DNA from: Octopus vulgaris
Lineage: Eukaryota
Reading direction: 5' to 3'
Assembly: GCA_951406725.2 (NCBI GenBank)
Contig: OX597817.1
Coordinates: 109,058,001-109,122,000, forward strand
DNA length: 64,000 nt
The position numbers and the translations under genes were made by a program. Below, piece by piece: positions 57,674-64,000 of this stretch (positions within the stretch are counted from its first letter, which is position 1; each line of letters begins with the position of its first letter). A model generated the notes under the pieces. The model searched no databases. It was given only the letters and a program-made list of their open reading frames with translations, and was not told the origin of the DNA.

Positions 57674-58270
57674 TCAACATCGTCATCGTTTAACATCTGT
57701 TTCCTATGCTAGCATGGGTGGACGGTTGACCGGGGTCTGGGAAGCCAGGAGACTGCACCAGGCTCCAGTCTGATCAGGCAGTGCTTCTACAGCTGGATGC
57801 CCTTCCTAACGCCAACTACTCCGTGAGTGTAGTGGGTGCCTTTTATGTGCTACCAGCACAGGAACCAGAGGAGTCTGGCAAACGGCCACGGTCAGTTAGC
57901 GCTTTTACCTGTCACCGACATGAACACAAGTCAGGTGGCGCTGGCATCTGCCATGTTTGGACGGTGCTTTTTACATGTCACCAGCATGGGTATCTTAACT
58001 ACAATTTCCATTTGATTTTCATTTTGATGTTGGTGTTGATGTACTTGACTCAATAGGTCTTCTCAAGAACAGCGGGTCACTCTACGAACCAAGGTTAACA
58101 CAGTAGGCTGTCCTGCGAGCCATGAAGTCACTTCATTTGTCGGGTCTTCACAGTCACAGCATATCTCAGAGGTCTCGGTCTTCGTCATTTCCTCTGTGAG
58201 GCCCTACGTGCCACCAGCATGGGTATCACAACTACAATATCCATACGATTTTTACTTTGATGTTGATGAA
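57672..58270 (-). mobile_element. RTE 3'-end element (same family as 52229)
   Basis: catcgtttaac..ggatgcccttcctaacgccaac..tandem units..gggtcttcacagtcacagcatatc. A shorter degenerate copy lies at about 56850-57030. Confidence 0.8.
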
Positions 58271-58288
58271 CTTGTACACATATATACA

Positions 58289-58345
<57 letters not shown>

Positions 58346-58346
<1 letters not shown>

Positions 58347-58677
58347 TTTTTTTTGTAGCTTTAATAAAAATGTAACATGAGTGTGTATATTTGTGTGTGT
58401 GTATACATAAAGCGGACGTTAAACGATGATGATGATGATGATATATATATATGTGTGTATATATGTATACACACATACAAATATACACACTCATGTATAC
58501 ATTTTTATTAAAGCTACAAAAAAAAAATCACAAAAAAACTGCTATTCAGAGTTTCACATTCCCATTCGTTGGGCAGCTGTGATCACAACTGTTTGATGAA
58601 TGGGAACATAAAACTCTGAGTAGTAGTTCTTTTGTGATGCTATTTCAGTTTTTATTAAAAAAGTATCTTACTCTACC
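58346..58677. repeat. Double fold-back: inverted pair 58346-58409 / 58462-58527 plus a 110-bp palindrome at 58528-58637
   Basis: Palindrome centred on gtga|tcac. The mismatches between arms are mostly C/T and G/A transitions, and each arm carries a hammerhead-like (c/t)gaYga...gaaa remnant. Confidence 0.85.
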
Positions 58678-58708
58678 TTCAATATTCAAGTACTAGTTTC
58701 TTCAACCT

Positions 58709-58810
<102 letters not shown>

Positions 58811-59014
58811 CATATGTGCGTGTATATATATATATATATATATGCACAATACACATATACATACAAGCATACATATATCAAAAGTACATGCAAACATTCA
58901 CCGATATGAGTATATAAATAGTATATATATATATATATGATAATGCATATATGTATGTATGCATGTATGTATGTTTGTATATGAACACAAACAGCCTCAC
59001 ACACTCAGACATTC

Positions 59015-59228
59015 ATTCATGGATGATTGTTGTATGAAGAAGTGCTAAGTGATCCAAGTGGAAGGACTAAGCCATAAATATTAACCAGGCCAGACAAGAG
59101 AAGACGCAGTGAAATCTGATCTGAGGAGACTACTCCTCACAAAGAAGATAGAAAAGGAATGCAATGACTAGTGGGTTGCAGTGTTGGAGAAGGCCCATAC
59201 AATGCAGACAAGCATGAGCAAACATCCA
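59015..59228 (+). mobile_element. RTE LINE C-terminal fragment
   Basis: DDCCMKKC..VEG..DAVKSDLRRL.LT..WVAVLEK. Confidence 0.6.
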
Positions 59229-59247
59229 ACAAAAACACGCCCACATC

Positions 59248-59301
<54 letters not shown>

Positions 59302-59506
59302 CATATATATATATATTTATATATATATATATATATGGTATGTGTGTATGTGCATTATGTGTACGTGTTGTGTGTGTGTATACATAATTACATATGTATA
59401 TATATATACATACATACATACATACATACACTATATACAAATATATATATATATATATTTACATACAATATATACAAATATATATATATCCATACACTAG
59501 ATACAA

Positions 59507-59600
<94 letters not shown>

Positions 59601-59601
59601 G

Positions 59602-59633
<32 letters not shown>

Positions 59634-60497
59634 TGTATATATATTTATATATGTATATATATATATATGATGATGATGATATATATATATATATATACAC
59701 ACACACATATACACACACACACACATTTACACATACATATATTAAAATATATTCATATCTCCATCACTGTTGCGTTTAGTACACATGCCCTCTAGCACTC
59801 ATGCTCCTGTTCCTTAAATTCCCCTCCACCCACTCTCACTCTACTACACTGCTGATGTGATAATGGATAGCAGTGTATCTCTTGCTTGTATTGTTCATTG
59901 CCTACAATGTAACTAGAATACCATGGGACCTATCTGATCTTCTTCCAAACAATGCATACATTATCCTCCCTCTCTAGTATTTATCTCTCTAATCCATATC
60001 TTACTCTCGCACACACTTAAGGCGTGTGAACATAGAGTATCCTACACACCATATGTATATGCCCTGATAAATATGTTGGTTTCAATAACCTTCAATCATC
60101 CACCTCAAGCTATCCGTGCCAGTCTTTCCACTTTCCTCTCCAGTGTATAAGCTACAATATATTACTCCCATGGCTTTAGTTGGCTGTTCTAAAAAACATA
60201 CTTTACATATTGTGTGAAATGCTTGATGTAAGGAAGAGAATCCTGCCATGCAAATTAATCTAAAACTGAAACATGCAAGTGACATGTAGCCCCACCCACC
60301 CAAATTATTAAAGAGTAGCAATGATCTGTCCAACCCATATCTGTATGGAGAGCAGACATAAAGTGACAAAAACAATGATGATGATGACAATGACCATTAT
60401 TGTCAATATGATAAATATATATATATATATTTCTATTAACCAGGCTTTGTATACATTGCCAGTACTTCACACATGGATAGGTGGCTAGGCCAATCTA

Positions 60498-61017
60498 TAG
60501 GGTTTCCCAAAAGGATATACTCACTCTTTGACAGACGATGTATGGGCTTACCTCGATGCAACAAATCCAAACAAATGGATTGGGAGGAGAGGTAGTGTTG
60601 AATTTCCCGTACATTCCCCAGACCTCATGCCAATGGATTTTTTTTTAAGGGGACATCTCAAAGATAAGGTTTACACTGCAAAACCAGTGACAATTGATGA
60701 TTTGAAAAATGAAATTCTAATACAATGTCTTACAATTCCAAATGAAATGTTTGGCAATGTTGTTGAATCCATTGTTGGATATTATCAACTTTGTTTGGAA
60801 AATGAAGGAAGGCAGTTTGAACATTTGCAAACATGCAGGAATGAGAGAGAACATTAAATAATACTAAATGACAATAAACAATCGTTTCCACAACAATTTA
60901 TTTTCCTGAATTTAATTTAACTTTTTAGGATAGCATGTATATCAATAAACATCTACTTGAACAAAAAATGAATGACTGGGAAGTCAAAGAGTGAGTACAA
61001 CTTTTTGGGACACCTGG
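60498..61017 (+). mobile_element. Internally deleted Tc1/mariner element (Tc3/rosa-like C-terminus) with TIRs and TA target-site duplications
   Basis: TIRs of about 35 bp (tagggtttcccaaaagg..ctcactctttgac / gtcaaagagtgag..tttttgggacacctgg), TA on both sides, and ORF YLD..PNKWIGRRG..FP..SPDL.PMDFFL.GHLKDKVY..GRQFEHL. Confidence 0.92.
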
Positions 61018-61047
61018 TATATTTGTGTGTGTGTGTATATATATATA

Positions 61048-61680
61048 TCATCATCATCATCATCATCATTTAACGTCCGCTTTCCATGCTAGCATGGGTT
61101 GGACGGTTCAACTGGGGTCTGGGGAGCCCGAAAGCTGCACCAGTCCAGTCAGATCTGGCAGTGTTTCTACAGCTGGATGCCCTTCCTAACGCCAACCACT
61201 CCGAGAGTGTAGTGGGTGATTTTATGTGCCACCGACACAGGTGCCAGACGAGGCTGGCAAACGGCCACGCTCGGATGGTGTTTTTTATGTGCCACCGACA
61301 CAGGTGCCAGACGAGGCTGGCAGACGGCCACGCTCGGATGGTGTTTTTATGTGCCACCGACACAGGAGCCAGATGAGGCTGGCAAACGGCCACGATCGGA
61401 TGGTGCTTGTTACGTGCCCACAGCACGGGGGCCAGTCGATGCGGTACTGGCTACGGCCACGTTCGGATGGTTTTCTTGTGTGCCACGTGCCACCGGCACT
61501 GGTACCACAAAGATACAAATTCCATTGATGTTCATCTATTTTGATTTGTTTTGATTTTCACTTGCCTCAACAGGTCTTCACAAGTGTCACAAGAAGGAAG
61601 GTATGCACAGGTGGACTGACTACGTCCCAGGTAGGGGCCATGGGTTATGGCCTGACTAGTCTTGCCGGGTCTTCGGATGG
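61048..61680 (-). mobile_element. RTE 3'-end element, young copy with 3-4 tandem ~62-bp units
   Basis: (CAT)n tail; unit tttatgtgccaccgacacaggtgccagacgaggctggcaaacggccacgctcggatggtg repeated from 61221. Confidence 0.88.
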
Positions 61681-61689
61681 ATATATATA

Positions 61690-61892
61690 TATTCTTTTTA
61701 CTTGTTTCAATCAGTGATGTGGCCGTGTTAGAACACCACTTTCAGTTGAAAAAATCAACCCCACGATTTGTTCTTTGTAAGCCTAATGTTTATTCTATCA
61801 GTCTGTTTTGTCAAACCTCTAAATTATGGAGATATAAACACACCAACATCAGTTGACAAGCAATGGTGGGGCAACAAATAAAGACACACAAA

Positions 61893-61940
<48 letters not shown>

Positions 61941-61941
61941 C

Positions 61942-61999
<58 letters not shown>

Positions 62000-62540
62000 T
62001 CATTATCATCATCGTTTAGCGTCCGCTTTCCATGCTAACATGGGTTGGACGGTTCAACTGGGGTCTGGGAAGCCAGAAGGCTGCACCAGGCCCAGTCTGA
62101 TTTGGCAATGTTTCTACGGCAGGATGCCCTTCCTAACACCAACCACTCCGTGAGTGTAGTGGGTGCTTTTTACGTGCCACCGACACAGGTGCCAGACGAG
62201 GCTGGCAAAAGGCCATGATCGGATGGTGCTTTCCCATCTACCAAGTCCACTCACAAGGCTTTGGTTGGCCTGAGGCTATAGCAGGACACTTACTCAAGGT
62301 GCTACGCAGTAGGACTGAGCCAGAGTAGGACTTATTACCACACAGCCATGTATTGATTTCCATTTTTGGCACAAGACCAGCAATTTTGGGGAGAGATTGA
62401 GTCAATTAGATCAACCACACTGCTCAAAAGGATGAAAAGCACAGTCAGCATATCATCACTTGAACTCAGAACAAAAACATGGACAAAATGCTGCTAAGCA
62501 ATTTGCCTGGTTTACCAACAGTTATGCCAGCTCATTCCTT
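61690..62540 (-). mobile_element. Stack of fragments: family A 3' half, RTE-tail copy, family A head, family-B SINE
   Basis: A tail 61690-61890, RTE tail about 61998-62231, A head about 62232-62350, B about 62357-62540. Confidence 0.8.
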
Positions 62541-62768
62541 TATATATATAGGTGTAAATATATGTGTGTGTGTGTAAATATATATATGTATATATATATA
62601 TATTAATCAAAGTGTACAGTATCATATACTCATTATGCCTGATTTTACCAATATGTTTCACACTCGGGGCTCATAATTGGATTGTTAGGTAACAGTTCGA
62701 TTATGTAACCCTGCACCACATATCAGAGGTAGCTGTTATGAAATCCATATATATATATATATGTATGT

Positions 62769-62806
<38 letters not shown>

Positions 62807-64000
62807 CATATATATATATATGTATGTATGTATATGCGCACACACTTACCATGGTCATCAGCATGTGTTAACAATCTTGTTATGTGTCAGTATGCATTGG
62901 ATGGTTTAGCAGGATGCATCAGGTCCAGGACTGAATCATACTCTACCATCTATTTTGACATAGTTTCTATAGTTGAATGACCTTCCTCATATAAATTGCT
63001 CTACAGCATTCAGAGAGTGCTCTCTCATGCCATCAGCACTAGTGAAGTCTCCAAGCAGCTCAATACTTGAGCCTCTGAGAGAGATAACTGTATGCTTAGA
63101 ATTAAAGTGTTAAATTATGAGAGAACATGCCAAAGTGGAACACGTTTCTTGCTGTACGAGAGCTACATGAATATATATATTTTAGAAGAGAGTGTGGATC
63201 ATCAGTGTGGAAGATGGGAAGAAATATAAGTAGTGATTATGAGAAGTCTGGGTGGATCTTTATGATATCAGTTATGTGAATGGAGACAGAACACTCATGA
63301 GTTTGGGTGGGCAGAGATTGGTAGGGTTTGTGGTAGAATTAGAAATAAGGGAATGTGTAAAAGAGGAAATATAATGAATGAAGAGCAAGTGTTAAATAGG
63401 GGGCATAGGGAAGAGTAGATGAAACTATAGAGACTGGACCAGATTGAAGGATGGATGTAATACATGGTGGATAGAGTGGGCAAAACTAATGATACATGGG
63501 GTTGAAGAGTAGTAGAATAGAAATGAGAGAGGAAGAGAGATGGGGAGAGAGAGGGAGAGAAAGAGGGTAAAAGAGAGAGAGAAAGACAGACGGACTGACA
63601 GACAGAAAGACAGACAGAGTTAGAGATGGCATGTAGTTGAGTAAGCTGCAAGAATGTAGGCGGGGAAAGGAACAGGTCTAGGAAAGGTCTTTCATTGGAA
63701 AGACAAAAGATGTGTGGTCTTGATGAAAGAGAGGTAATTTGGTGACTCAGGGAGGTGATCAATATAAAATATGAGTGGAGAAGTTTATATTAAGGATAAG
63801 GGTTGGATATTATGCCAAAAGTTTCTAAGTAGTGAGAAAGATTAGTGTTATCAAGAAAAGACTATATTTAGAAAGATAAGTGGTGGAAATGCTTTCAGGT
63901 GAAAATTAGGTACGAACCCAATTTCAGAACTTACTTTTGATGTGTTCAAAGCGTCCTTTCTAGAAACGCATATCATCAGTCATTCCAGTCCCTTGTCATA

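Noticed and set aside
61221-61500. CRISPR-like repeat array
   Set aside because: The units are contiguous with no unique spacers, lie in a eukaryotic retroposon, and no cas genes are present.
63895-64000. Minus-strand exon ending in a GTAAGT donor
   Set aside because: All three frames contain stops, and KGRFEHI resembles a Tc1/mariner C-terminus. Truncated by the window edge, so not called.

Overview
AT-rich eukaryotic non-coding DNA (intergenic or a very large intron), saturated with microsatellites and decayed transposable elements. The SINE repertoire and microsatellite load suggest a coleoid cephalopod such as Octopus; this is an inference. I recognise no host protein-coding gene, and most ORFs in the track are translations of simple repeats. 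Recognisable elements: two Penelope-like (Naiad-type) RT/GIY-YIG relics; R4/Dong-type RLE LINE pieces with a nested CR1 3' end; RTE 3' ends; a Helitron Rep fragment with a canonical 3' terminus; two Tc1/mariner relics; and four tRNA-derived SINE families. The most interesting signals are (i) several minimal hammerhead-ribozyme motifs, the best at 4224-4292, often beside fold-back inverted duplications and (TA)n tracts; (ii) at least five long fold-backs, one interlocked and one carrying a locally templated insert; (iii) an apparent drop in CpG retention from about 42 kb, suggesting a germline methylation boundary; and (iv) a few candidate spliced exons. Repeat coordinates were read by eye and may be off by tens of bases.
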